Origin: a virus | Reading direction: 5' to 3' (one strand) | UHGV virus genome: UHGV-0383844 | Length of the DNA: 45,213 bases | Shown here: positions 26,537-34,688 of the stretch, piece by piece | How the letters are laid out: every line of letters begins with the position of its first letter | Position numbering within the stretch: position 1 is the first letter of the stretch | Made by a program: the position numbers and the translations under genes | Notes under the pieces: model-generated | Told to the model about the DNA's origin: nothing | Seen by the model: only the letters and a program-made list of their open reading frames with translations | Database searches by the model: none

Positions 26537-28006
26537 ATGCAGCCAAAGGAAATGGAGCACCTGCCACTGCAACTTGAAAAAATGTTTCTCGAATTACAGA
26601 ACCGCATTATGAGAGATGTAGTCAGGAGGATTAAAAAGACAGGTGGAATTACATCTACAGCGGATTATCAGTTGAACAGAATACAGATCATTGGAAATTC
26701 TACGGAGTTCATTGAATCAGAAATCAAACGTCTTTCAGGGCTTACTGATCCGGAGCTGTGGGAGATTTATGATACTGTAATCGAAAAGGATTACACCAGA
26801 ACAAAAGAAATCTACGAACAGGTAAATGCCCATTTTACACCTTATGAAGATAATGAGCAGATGCAGACATGGGCGAAAGCAATTCTAAGCCAGACGAAAC
26901 ATGAAATCCAGAATATCACACGATCAATGGGATTTGCTTTGGATTACGGAGGAAAGAAAGTATTCACTCCATTTTCGGAGTACTATCAGAAGTATCTTGA
27001 TCGTGCATGTATGGACATTGTAACCGGAGCGTTCGATTACAATACCGTTCTCAGGCGTGTAGTAAAGGAAATGACAGCCAGTGGGATACGGACAGTAAAT
27101 TATGCGTCAGGATATGGAAATCGGGCCCCTGTGGCGGTCAGACGAGCTGTCATGACGGGTGTACATCAGCTAGCCGCCCAGATTAACGAACAGGTGGCAA
27201 AGGATTTGGGGACAGATACCTATGAAGTAACGTGGCATGCCGGACATAGACCTTCTCACTGGTGGGGAGGGAATGTGTACACAAAGCAGGAGTTAATCTC
27301 GATCTGTCGTTTGGGAGAGGTAGATGGTCTGTGCGGAGCTAATTGTAAGCATAGTTACTTCGCGTTCGTAGACGGTGTGTCTGTCAGAACGTACACACCG
27401 GAACAATTGAGGGAAATGGAAGCAAATGAACAGGTCGCAAGGTCTTATCAGGGAAAATCATACAACGCCTATGAAGCTCAGCAGCGGCAGAGAGCACTTG
27501 AAACCAGAATGAGAAAGCAGAGAAGTGACATTGATCTTCTAAAAAAGGGAAAAGCCAGCCAGTTGGACATACAGGCAGCCCAAGCAAAGTATCTGAACAC
27601 ACTCCGGGAATATCAGGGGTTTTCTAAAAAGATGGAGCTTCCAGAACAGATGCAGAGAGTGTATATGGATGGACTCGGAAGAGTGTTGCCGGGAAGATGG
27701 TTTGGATCTAGGGCATCCGATAAAAAGTTCTTGCACGAACAGTTGTCGTATATGTATAATGGAGAAAAACAGTTCATACCGGCAAATACAGTGTTTCAAA
27801 ACGTGAAAATTATAGCTGGAACAGGAAGCAAAACGGAATTAAGAGTTGCGGGGCGGCTGGCAGAGAGATATGGTGGAGTTGCAAGCGATTGGAGCAAATG
27901 TGCAGGAAAAATAGAAAGCGGAAAGTATATATTCGATATTCACTGGTATGAAAAGGGCGGCAAACAGTACGAGGCGAAGTTAAAGGTAAGAAAGGAAAAA
28001 TTATGA
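26537..28006 (+). CDS. Minor head / head morphogenesis protein, SPP1 gp7 / MuF family, with ~130-aa C-terminal extra domain
   Basis: N-terminal minor-capsid-2-like region and MuF core (TVNYASGYGNRAPVAVRRAVMTGVHQL...WHAGHRPSHWWGG); protein is ~180 aa longer than SPP1 gp7. Confidence 0.8.
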   Translation: MQPKEMEHLPLQLEKMFLELQNRIMRDVVRRIKKTGGITSTADYQLNRIQIIGNSTEFIESEIKRLSGLTDPELWEIYDTVIEKDYTRTKEIYEQVNAHFTPYEDNEQMQTWAKAILSQTKHEIQNITRSMGFALDYGGKKVFTPFSEYYQKYLDRACMDIVTGAFDYNTVLRRVVKEMTASGIRTVNYASGYGNRAPVAVRRAVMTGVHQLAAQINEQVAKDLGTDTYEVTWHAGHRPSHWWGGNVYTKQELISICRLGEVDGLCGANCKHSYFAFVDGVSVRTYTPEQLREMEANEQVARSYQGKSYNAYEAQQRQRALETRMRKQRSDIDLLKKGKASQLDIQAAQAKYLNTLREYQGFSKKMELPEQMQRVYMDGLGRVLPGRWFGSRASDKKFLHEQLSYMYNGEKQFIPANTVFQNVKIIAGTGSKTELRVAGRLAERYGGVASDWSKCAGKIESGKYIFDIHWYEKGGKQYEAKLKVRKEKL

Positions 28007-28197
28007 AGCTGAGATATATAGGGGAATCATTTGGAGTAGATTCTTTAACGAATGGAAAAATATATGAAGCAAGTGAAGAGTCTGGAATGTATCGTGTCAT
28101 TGATGACAGCGGAGAAGATTATTTGTATTCAAAAGAGAATCCGGCACCACTTGATGGCAGCAGTCCAGGTGGACGTTGGGAAATTGTAAAAGAGTAA
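28003..28197 (+). CDS. Small acidic hypothetical protein (64 aa) overlapping MuF stop (ATGA)
   Basis: translational coupling; candidate immunity partner of MuF C-terminal domain. Confidence 0.45.
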   Translation: MKLRYIGESFGVDSLTNGKIYEASEESGMYRVIDDSGEDYLYSKENPAPLDGSSPGGRWEIVKE

Positions 28198-28213
28198 TAC
28201 CATTTATTCTTAA

Positions 28214-29059
28214 TTGAGTGAGTGGTATTTTTTATATCAAAATAATAAATCAGCATCTATCCAGAGTGGTAGGTGCTATTTTTATACGCTTTCCTCAATT
28301 TTGGGGACAGTATTTGTCCGATCAACCCTCAAGACATTTAAACTGCGGGAAATATCCCCTGTGGCATGGGAGAATAACTGCCACGGCCGGCGGAGGCACC
28401 GCGATAATAAACAGTGGTCAAAGAAAGGAATAAAGATGCAGTTAAGAGACGTATTAGGAGAAGAGCTTTTCGGACAGGTAGATGCAAAGATTCAGGAACA
28501 CAACAACGGAATCGAGGATAAGCTGAAGCACGTCAGATTTGTGGATTTATCAGAGGGAGGCTATATCAGCAAGGAAAAGTACCAGAGCCTTGAGACGAGA
28601 GCCAATGGACTGGAGACACAGCTCGGTGAAGCAAACACTACAATCAAGTCCTACAAAGACATGGATATTGACGGAATCAAGCAGTCTGCCGCTGACTGGG
28701 AGAAAAAGTACAACGAAGACACGAAAGCGCTAAATGACCAGATTGAATCAGACAGAAAGATGTTTGCAGCAGAGCGGTTTTTGGATACTCAGAAGATTAA
28801 ATCTCCTTTATCCAGAAAGACAATCTTACATGAGTTTCTGGAACAGAAGATGGAGTTTAAAGATGGTGCTTTTGTTGGCGCAGATGAGTACATGAAAGGC
28901 GTCAAAGAGAAATACCCAGATGAGTTCGAACAGGAAGAACCGGATGGAGGAAAAAAGACGTGGGTAAGAGGAACTCATGGTACTTATAGACCGGAAACAA
29001 AATCCGAAGAAGAAGCTTACCTCTCAAGAAAATATGGAAACAACAAATATGCGAAATAG
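28214..29059 (+). CDS. Scaffolding protein (probable start ATG 28436)
   Basis: coiled-coil acidic protein between MuF and capsid; RBS aaagaaaggaataaagATG. Confidence 0.6.
   Translation: MSEWYFLYQNNKSASIQSGRCYFYTLSSILGTVFVRSTLKTFKLREISPVAWENNCHGRRRHRDNKQWSKKGIKMQLRDVLGEELFGQVDAKIQEHNNGIEDKLKHVRFVDLSEGGYISKEKYQSLETRANGLETQLGEANTTIKSYKDMDIDGIKQSAADWEKKYNEDTKALNDQIESDRKMFAAERFLDTQKIKSPLSRKTILHEFLEQKMEFKDGAFVGADEYMKGVKEKYPDEFEQEEPDGGKKTWVRGTHGTYRPETKSEEEAYLSRKYGNNKYAK
28252..28287 (+). terminator. Hairpin agcatcta-N10-taggtgct + atttttatac; homologous copy at 39398..39434
   Basis: 8-bp stem with one G-U; the second copy shows compensatory outer pairs. Confidence 0.45.
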
Positions 29060-29078
29060 AAAAGGAGAATGACAGAGT

Positions 29079-29945
29079 ATGAAATATGGCGGATATAATG
29101 TAAGTGAAAAATACAGTTCAATCGTTGCACCAAATTTTTATTTTGATGCAATTTTTCAGCCGGGAATGACATTTAACGATCAGTATCAGGGAGATGCGGA
29201 AGGAGCGGGAGCAGTAAAAGTATTCCGTCTGGCTGCTAAGGCTGCAAAAGATCCGAAAAAGCCAGCATCTGACTTTGAGCATGGAACTGCAGGAAATGAA
29301 CTGATTTCAGTATTGATGAACAATTCACAGCAGGAATCAACAAAAATCTACAATGTACAGGCGAGTGCCGTACCATTCGATACAGCGGATGCTCATCTCG
29401 CACAGTCTACACAGGTTTGCAAAGAAGGGTGGCAGCAGTCTGGTCTTGCATGTCTGGTGCACGAAGGAACTGCAATGGAAGACACAGAAGCAATTACAAC
29501 GTCCAACATTATCAGTAAGATAATCGCAGGAAGAAAAACAATCCGTAAACAGAAAGCGTCCGCGAATGTGGTCATGGCATCTGTAGAGACATACAGTACG
29601 ATGCTGGAAGTTGCAGGGGACAAATTTACTCCGGTAAAGAATGACGAGATCATCCGTACCGGACAGATGGGATATTACCTCGGAATGCTGTGGGTAGAAT
29701 GTAATATGCTTGATCTGACATCGGCAGCAAAATACTACGATTATACAGAAACGCTTCAGACAGAAGATCTGTCAAAGGTAGAGTATATCATGTATGACTG
29801 GAGAGGACTGCATATCATTGACCTGTTATCTATGGCAAGACTGAAAGACTCTGAGAACTTCAACGGAACTCTTGCACAGGTGGAAATCTGTACCGGATAC
29901 CGTCTTGGAGATAAGAACTACGCAGTTGTAAAAAAAAAGGCCTAG
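29079..29945 (+). CDS. Major capsid protein
   Basis: position after scaffold; size 288 aa; strong RBS aaaaggagaatgacagagtATG; ends with A_AAA_AAG slippery run. Confidence 0.7.
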   Translation: MKYGGYNVSEKYSSIVAPNFYFDAIFQPGMTFNDQYQGDAEGAGAVKVFRLAAKAAKDPKKPASDFEHGTAGNELISVLMNNSQQESTKIYNVQASAVPFDTADAHLAQSTQVCKEGWQQSGLACLVHEGTAMEDTEAITTSNIISKIIAGRKTIRKQKASANVVMASVETYSTMLEVAGDKFTPVKNDEIIRTGQMGYYLGMLWVECNMLDLTSAAKYYDYTETLQTEDLSKVEYIMYDWRGLHIIDLLSMARLKDSENFNGTLAQVEICTGYRLGDKNYAVVKKKA

Positions 29946-30010
29946 ATGACGATTTGGCACAAGTAGGAACTGCGAAAGTAGGCAAGGCAAAAGTAGGAAA
30001 AGTAAAATAG
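29931..30010 (+). other. -1 frame C-terminal extension of major capsid (23 codons, GLDDDLAQVGTAKVGKAKVGKVK) entered at A_AAA_AAG; encoded by 15-nt AAGTAGG tandem repeats
   Basis: -1 frame is open from slippery site to a TAG inside the next gene's SD (taggagg); zero frame has stops in every repeat. Confidence 0.5.
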
Positions 30011-30022
30011 GAGGTATAAGTT

Positions 30023-30397
30023 ATGGCATATACACCAACTACATGGAATAATGATGACGTTATTACAGCAGAGAAACTGAATAAGTTAGAGCAGGGCGTG
30101 AAGAATGAGCAGGTAGGACCAGCAGGACCAGCAGGACCAGCAGGACCAGCAGGAGCAGCAGGAGCAAAAGGCGATCCAGGAGTAGCAGGACCGAAAGGCG
30201 ACAAGGGAGAACCGGGCGCACAGGGACCTGCAGGACCAAGTTACACTCTTCCAGCGGCGAATAAAACAACGCTCGGCGGTGTGAAACAGATGGCTTTGAT
30301 CGAAGATTTGTCCACAGAAACAGCAACTGACCTGAAAGATAAAATCAATGCGATTCTTGCGGGGATGAAAAAACAGGGGATCATGGCGAATTCGTAA
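30023..30397 (+). CDS. Collagen-like repeat protein (head fiber / decoration candidate)
   Basis: GPAGPAGPAGPAGAAGAKGDPGVAGPKGDKGEPGAQGPAGP; RBS ataggaggtataagttATG. Confidence 0.65.
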   Translation: MAYTPTTWNNDDVITAEKLNKLEQGVKNEQVGPAGPAGPAGPAGAAGAKGDPGVAGPKGDKGEPGAQGPAGPSYTLPAANKTTLGGVKQMALIEDLSTETATDLKDKINAILAGMKKQGIMANS

Positions 30398-30410
30398 GGA
30401 GGAATAGGCG

Positions 30411-30809
30411 TTGATACGTGTAGATTTTCAGTTTTACGTAGAAGAATACAATGGAATTATAATCGAGGACGAACGGTCATTGAAACAGCCGATCTTGAAA
30501 GCTAACACCTATCTGAATCAAGTGATGCATTTACAGCCGAGTGAGAACGATATGGAGTTAGTGAAGCTTTGCCTGTGTGAACTTTCTGACATGATCTATC
30601 AGGATGATATGAACCGAATGGAACATGGAGGAAGGGAAGTGCAGTCGGAAAACACAGATGGATATTCCGTGAATTACGCGACTGAAGCGGAGGCGGGGAA
30701 GATTGCAGTAGACGCTCTGCAAACGAAAATCTACGCGGTCATCCGCCGTTATCTAGCGCATACAGGACTGCTTTATCTGGGGGTGAATGTCAATGCTTAC
30801 GAATGCTAA
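30411..30809 (+). CDS. Head-tail connector (gp6/gp15-like) candidate
   Basis: size and position after capsid; TTG start after aggagg. Confidence 0.5.
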   Translation: MIRVDFQFYVEEYNGIIIEDERSLKQPILKANTYLNQVMHLQPSENDMELVKLCLCELSDMIYQDDMNRMEHGGREVQSENTDGYSVNYATEAEAGKIAVDALQTKIYAVIRRYLAHTGLLYLGVNVNAYEC

Positions 30810-31200
30810 GATTACGATTTTTAATCAGTGGCCAGATCAGGAGAACAGGAAGATGGTGTTTATTCCTCATGTCATCCATAAGGTCTGGTTTCACACGAAC
30901 CAGAAAAGCACCGTAGGAGAAAATGGATTAAGAAGCGCAGATGAATACCAGATCCGGATTCCATATTCAGAATGTGCTGACTGGATTTCACCGGATGAGT
31001 TCAACCGGTTAACAGAAGTGTATGGAAAATGGACTGTGCGGAATGGTGATTTCTTTATCCTTGGAGAATGGGATGGAGAAAATGTCACAGGGATAGAAGA
31101 TATCAGGAAAAGGTTCTCTGGAACGATTGGGAAAGTACTTAGTCATTCCGAGAACTTTTTTGGTTCTTCTAAGCATATCAGGATAGGTGGTGGTTCTTAA
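30787..31200 (+). CDS. Head closure / head-tail joining protein candidate
   Basis: position in connector module; overlapping upstream gene. Confidence 0.4.
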   Translation: MSMLTNAKITIFNQWPDQENRKMVFIPHVIHKVWFHTNQKSTVGENGLRSADEYQIRIPYSECADWISPDEFNRLTEVYGKWTVRNGDFFILGEWDGENVTGIEDIRKRFSGTIGKVLSHSENFFGSSKHIRIGGGS

Positions 31201-31547
31201 TGGCAAAGATCAGGCTTGATATAGATCCGGTAGATAAAATTTTATTGAAGAGAAGTCTCAATAAGAACGGAGCAGGGCAGAAGTTCTTCACCCATGAAGT
31301 AAGACAGCTGTCCACACCTTATGTGCCGAGATTAAGCGGAAAACTGTCAATGGACAGTGTGACAGAAACAGCATCCTCTATTATCTATGACACTCCTTAT
31401 GCAAGGCGGCAGTACTACGAGAATAAAGGAAAGAACAGATCCGTACATGCTCGTGCCGGTAGCCACTGGACAGAGCGTATGTGGGCGGATCGCGGGAAAG
31501 AAATTGTACAGTCTGTTGCGAAATATTGTGGAGGTAAGGCGAAATGA
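31200..31547 (+). CDS. HK97 gp10-family tail component
   Basis: MAKIRLDIDPVDKILLKRSLNKNGAGQKFFTHEVRQLSTPYVPRLSGKLSMDS typical gp10 family N-terminus. Confidence 0.6.
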   Translation: MAKIRLDIDPVDKILLKRSLNKNGAGQKFFTHEVRQLSTPYVPRLSGKLSMDSVTETASSIIYDTPYARRQYYENKGKNRSVHARAGSHWTERMWADRGKEIVQSVAKYCGGKAK

Positions 31548-31972
31548 GCATAACAAACCAAGTGGCGGAGTTTATTGCCGGGTGCCCGTTTCTGCAGGAG
31601 TTTCAGGAGATGTTCCCTGTTGTGAATGTAGATATGTTGGAGGAAGATGTGACTGCATACAGTATTGAAAGTACGCCAGCAGAACCAATTTTAAAGCGGT
31701 ACGCAAACGGCGATACTGTCAGACAGTATGTATTTTCGTTATGTTCCAGAGTGCTTTACGGAGACGAAGAGAACAGAGACACATCGGAATTCTATGAAAA
31801 ATTTGCAGACTGGCTGGATGAGTGTACAAAAGCAGGTGCTCTTCCGAATCTGACGGGGAAACTGCAAAGCAAATCTATTCGGGCAACAACAGACGGATAT
31901 CTGTACGATGCACAGGAAACAAAGTGCCAGTACAGGATACAATGTCAATTTATTTATTATAAACGGAGGTAA
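31544..31972 (+). CDS. Tail completion / tail terminator candidate
   Basis: position immediately upstream of major tail protein. Confidence 0.4.
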   Translation: MSITNQVAEFIAGCPFLQEFQEMFPVVNVDMLEEDVTAYSIESTPAEPILKRYANGDTVRQYVFSLCSRVLYGDEENRDTSEFYEKFADWLDECTKAGALPNLTGKLQSKSIRATTDGYLYDAQETKCQYRIQCQFIYYKRR

Positions 31973-32507
31973 CAAAGGTATGAAAATGAATATTCAGTTT
32001 TTTGCAGCAGCAGGCGAGACTGGTGTTGTAGGTAGATGGCAGCATCCGGGATATCTGGATGTTTCAAAAGATCTGAGTGAAACTTATGAGCTTCTTGGAT
32101 TTGGAGTGACTCAGTTGGACGATTCTCCATCTGCACAGACATCTTCCAAAAGATATGTTAATCAGAAATCAGCAACGCAGAGAATCGGCTCTTATGAATG
32201 GACGGCACCATTGGAGTTCGACCTGATCCGCTCCGAAAAAGCGATCGAATTTATTGCGGATATCGGAGAAAATGAAAAGACCGGGTCAGATGCAGAAACT
32301 TATTATGTGAAGGTGTTCATGGAAAAGCCTGTGGAAGAACAGGAGAATAAGTTTTATGCAAAGAGAAGAAAAGTAGCCATCGAGGTGTCAGATTTCTCGG
32401 ACAACGATGGTGAGATTCAGGGCTCTGGAAATTTACTTGGTGTATCTGACTGGGAAGATGGACAGTTTGATACATCTACAAAGAAATTTACGGTGGGGGG
32501 AGTATAA
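31908..32507 (+). CDS. Major tail protein (probable start ATG 31980)
   Basis: RBS aaacggaggtaacaaaggtATG; size ~175 aa; G_GGG_GGA slippery run at 3' end. Confidence 0.7.
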   Translation: MHRKQSASTGYNVNLFIINGGNKGMKMNIQFFAAAGETGVVGRWQHPGYLDVSKDLSETYELLGFGVTQLDDSPSAQTSSKRYVNQKSATQRIGSYEWTAPLEFDLIRSEKAIEFIADIGENEKTGSDAETYYVKVFMEKPVEEQENKFYAKRRKVAIEVSDFSDNDGEIQGSGNLLGVSDWEDGQFDTSTKKFTVGGV

Positions 32508-32587
32508 TCCCCGCCGATAATGCCTTGGTTGGCGTGGGAGTAGTAGGTAAGGCGAGAATTGGAAAAGGAAGGAGCGCAAGAACATGA
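32495..32587 (+). other. -1 frame C-terminal extension of major tail protein (28 codons, SIIPADNALVGVGVVGKARIGKGRSART) entered at G_GGG_GGA, ending at TGA overlapping chaperone ATG
   Basis: open -1 frame read directly; peptide shares the (A)xVGxxxVGKA(K/R)(V/I)GK pattern with the capsid extension. Confidence 0.5.
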
Positions 32588-32937
32588 TTATCAATGGAGT
32601 AGAATTGGAATTCAACCTGTATGATCTGGAGAATCCAGAGCTGAAAGAGCGATATGGAGCTGAATTGGAGAAGATGAAACACGTTGCAGAAGAGCTGCCA
32701 GAAGGAACAGAGCTGGAACAGAATAGATTTCTGTGCGGCAGAGTGAAGCAGATGTTTGATTCTGTATTCGGAGAGGGTACAGGTAATCGTGTGTGTGGAA
32801 AAGGAAATGATTTGCTTGCTTGTATGACAGTTTATGAGCAGTTGGTCACAGAGCAGATCAGACAGGACAATCAGTACAATGAGATTATGGGAAGATTGGA
32901 AATGTTATCAAAGGGAAATGCTCTTGTAGAAAAATGA
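32584..32937 (+). CDS. Tail assembly chaperone (G-like)
   Basis: MIINGVELEFNLYDLE... typical TAC N-terminus; position between MTP and Gp15-like. Confidence 0.6.
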   Translation: MIINGVELEFNLYDLENPELKERYGAELEKMKHVAEELPEGTELEQNRFLCGRVKQMFDSVFGEGTGNRVCGKGNDLLACMTVYEQLVTEQIRQDNQYNEIMGRLEMLSKGNALVEK

Positions 32938-33560
32938 TGAATCTCTTAATAGAAAAATTTCCAGAGTTTTTGATCGTGAATGGTGTGGAGTGTCCTGTAA
33001 ACTGGGATTTCCGCACTGTTTTAAAATGCAATGAAATCATAGAAAGTGCAGAAGAATTGACGGGAGATTCCTTACTGAAAGTGTTGCTGCTGTTCTACAG
33101 AGATTGTGATTATTTCACAGAAGAACACGTGGATCAGATGTTTTGGTTCTTTTCCTGTGGCAAGGAGCAGTCAAAGAAGAAATTCCCGCGGAAGATTGCA
33201 GGGGTCAATGATAAGCAACCGTTTGACTTTCAAGAGGATGCGGGACTGATCTATGCCGGTTTCATCCAGCAGTACGGGATTGACTTGCAGACAGAAGAGA
33301 TGCACTGGTGGAAGTTTATGCTGCTTCTGGAAAATCTGGGAGAAGATACCAGGCTGTCAAAGGTCATTGAGTACCGGACAATGGATGTGTCGAATAAGAA
33401 TCTCTCAAAAGAGGAAAGGGAGTTTTACCGGGCAATGCAGAAGTATTACGGTCTGGAGCAGGCGCCGGCTATGGATGATCGGACAAGACAGATTGAAGAT
33501 GCGCTTCTCAATGGCGGCGATGTGAGTGAATTGCTTCGTCTGAAAAACGAACGAACGTAG
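32934..33560 (+). CDS. Tail assembly chaperone, bacteriophage Gp15-family (T-like); lies in -1 frame relative to upstream chaperone
   Basis: NGVECPVNWDFRTVLKC...LIYAGFIQQYGIDLQTEEMHWWKFMLLLENLGEDTRLSKVIEYR matches Gp15 family. Confidence 0.65.
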   Translation: MMNLLIEKFPEFLIVNGVECPVNWDFRTVLKCNEIIESAEELTGDSLLKVLLLFYRDCDYFTEEHVDQMFWFFSCGKEQSKKKFPRKIAGVNDKQPFDFQEDAGLIYAGFIQQYGIDLQTEEMHWWKFMLLLENLGEDTRLSKVIEYRTMDVSNKNLSKEEREFYRAMQKYYGLEQAPAMDDRTRQIEDALLNGGDVSELLRLKNERT

Positions 33561-33629
33561 AGAACGTGTGTAAAGGTGTGGCGAAATGCTGCACCTTATT
33601 TTAATACTTAAAAAACAGATAGTGTCAAA

Positions 33630-34319
33630 TTGACACTGACGAGATTCAGCGAAAGGATTGAAAATATGTTAGTAGAAGTAAAAAGAGTGAATAAAATGGA
33701 AATGACAGTTGTATCAAGTTTGGATGTATCAGATACATTTGACAAGAATCATCGAGATGTAATGGAGTCTATAAGGAATATAGAGTCTACTATAAGTACA
33801 GCGGAATTTTCCGCTCTATTTTATTTGGATTCTTACAAGGCATCCAATGGAAAAATGAATCCAATGTATCTTATGACAAGAGACGGCTTTACTCTTTTAG
33901 CAATGGGTTACACGGGGGCGAAAGCTATGAAGTTCAAACTTGCCTACATCAAGCAATTCAATGCTATGGAAAAAATCCTACAAGGCAAACTTGTTGAACG
34001 AGAAAAAGGAATTGCGGTCAGGCAATCACTTACAAAAGCACTGCAACAGTCCACAGAGAATGAGCGGATGCACGGACATGCTTACTCTACTTACACCAAC
34101 TGTATTTATAAAGTATTGTTCGGAGTAAATGCAAAGCAACTTCGTGAGAATCTTGGAATTGGAAAGAAGGACAATTTGAGAGACTATCTTTCGGTAGAAG
34201 ATTTAAAAGCAATTCAGTCAATGGAATGTTTGGTAAGTGGACTTGTAGATTGTGGATGGGGATATGATCAGATCAAGGAGTTTATACAGAAAAATAATAC
34301 AATGCAGATTGCAGCATAA
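33630..34319 (+). CDS. Rha-family phage regulatory protein (second Rha paralog; start possibly 33666 or 33696)
   Basis: MEMTVVSSLDVSDTFDKNHRDVMESIRNI...MYLMTRDGFTLLAMGYTGAKAMKFKLAYIKQFNAME = Phage_pRha. Confidence 0.7.
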   Translation: MTLTRFSERIENMLVEVKRVNKMEMTVVSSLDVSDTFDKNHRDVMESIRNIESTISTAEFSALFYLDSYKASNGKMNPMYLMTRDGFTLLAMGYTGAKAMKFKLAYIKQFNAMEKILQGKLVEREKGIAVRQSLTKALQQSTENERMHGHAYSTYTNCIYKVLFGVNAKQLRENLGIGKKDNLRDYLSVEDLKAIQSMECLVSGLVDCGWGYDQIKEFIQKNNTMQIAA

Positions 34320-34622
34320 TTATTTCCTGAATTGAGCGAGGGTTCAAATTGAGCACCCGTTAAAAAGGTGGTCTCAGGCTGTGACCACCTGTAATTGTAG
34401 TGGGCATGTCCATTATTGGACTCTCCTGTTTTGCGTACAAATGTGCGAAGAAAATAGAACTTGTCTATTTGGGATTCGGATCGTCTTTTATGACGAACCG
34501 TATATTTGTACCGACGAAATTCGTCATCACATGACGGAGCAAGAATGCGCTTTCCACAGTTGTGTGGAAAGAATTAGCCGAGCTCAAAATTGAGCCGGGC
34601 GATTTCTCGCTCCATTCCATCC

Positions 34623-34651
34623 TTGCGATTCCACAGTCCTCACGGTATAAT
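34623..34651 (+). promoter_or_regulatory. Sigma-A promoter TTGCGA-17-TATAAT for lipoprotein gene
   Basis: ttgcgattccacagtcctcacggtataat, ~38 nt upstream of ATG 34689. Confidence 0.5.
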
Positions 34652-34688
34652 GAGTATGTGGTAAAGCGTATAGGGTAGGAGGAAGGTT

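Noticed and set aside
28240-28290. Initially read the duplicated 38-nt motif (also at 39393) as a late promoter for the ArpU-like activator
   Set aside because: The two copies conserve an 8-9 bp stem with compensatory changes and a U-tract, which fits a transcribed hairpin (terminator-like) better than -35/-10 elements; kept as alternative in findings
32881-32940. Canonical G/GT -1 frameshift fusing the two tail chaperones
   Set aside because: The second chaperone is in the -1 frame as expected, but it has its own ATG overlapping the stop (ATGA) and there is no X_XXY_YYZ heptamer at the junction (gta gaa aaa tga), so independent or coupled initiation is sufficient
34381-34593. ORF-track CDS (70 aa, +) in the Rha-lipoprotein spacer
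   Set aside because: Sits on palindromes and repeat half-sites with no RBS; Cys/His-rich artefactual translation
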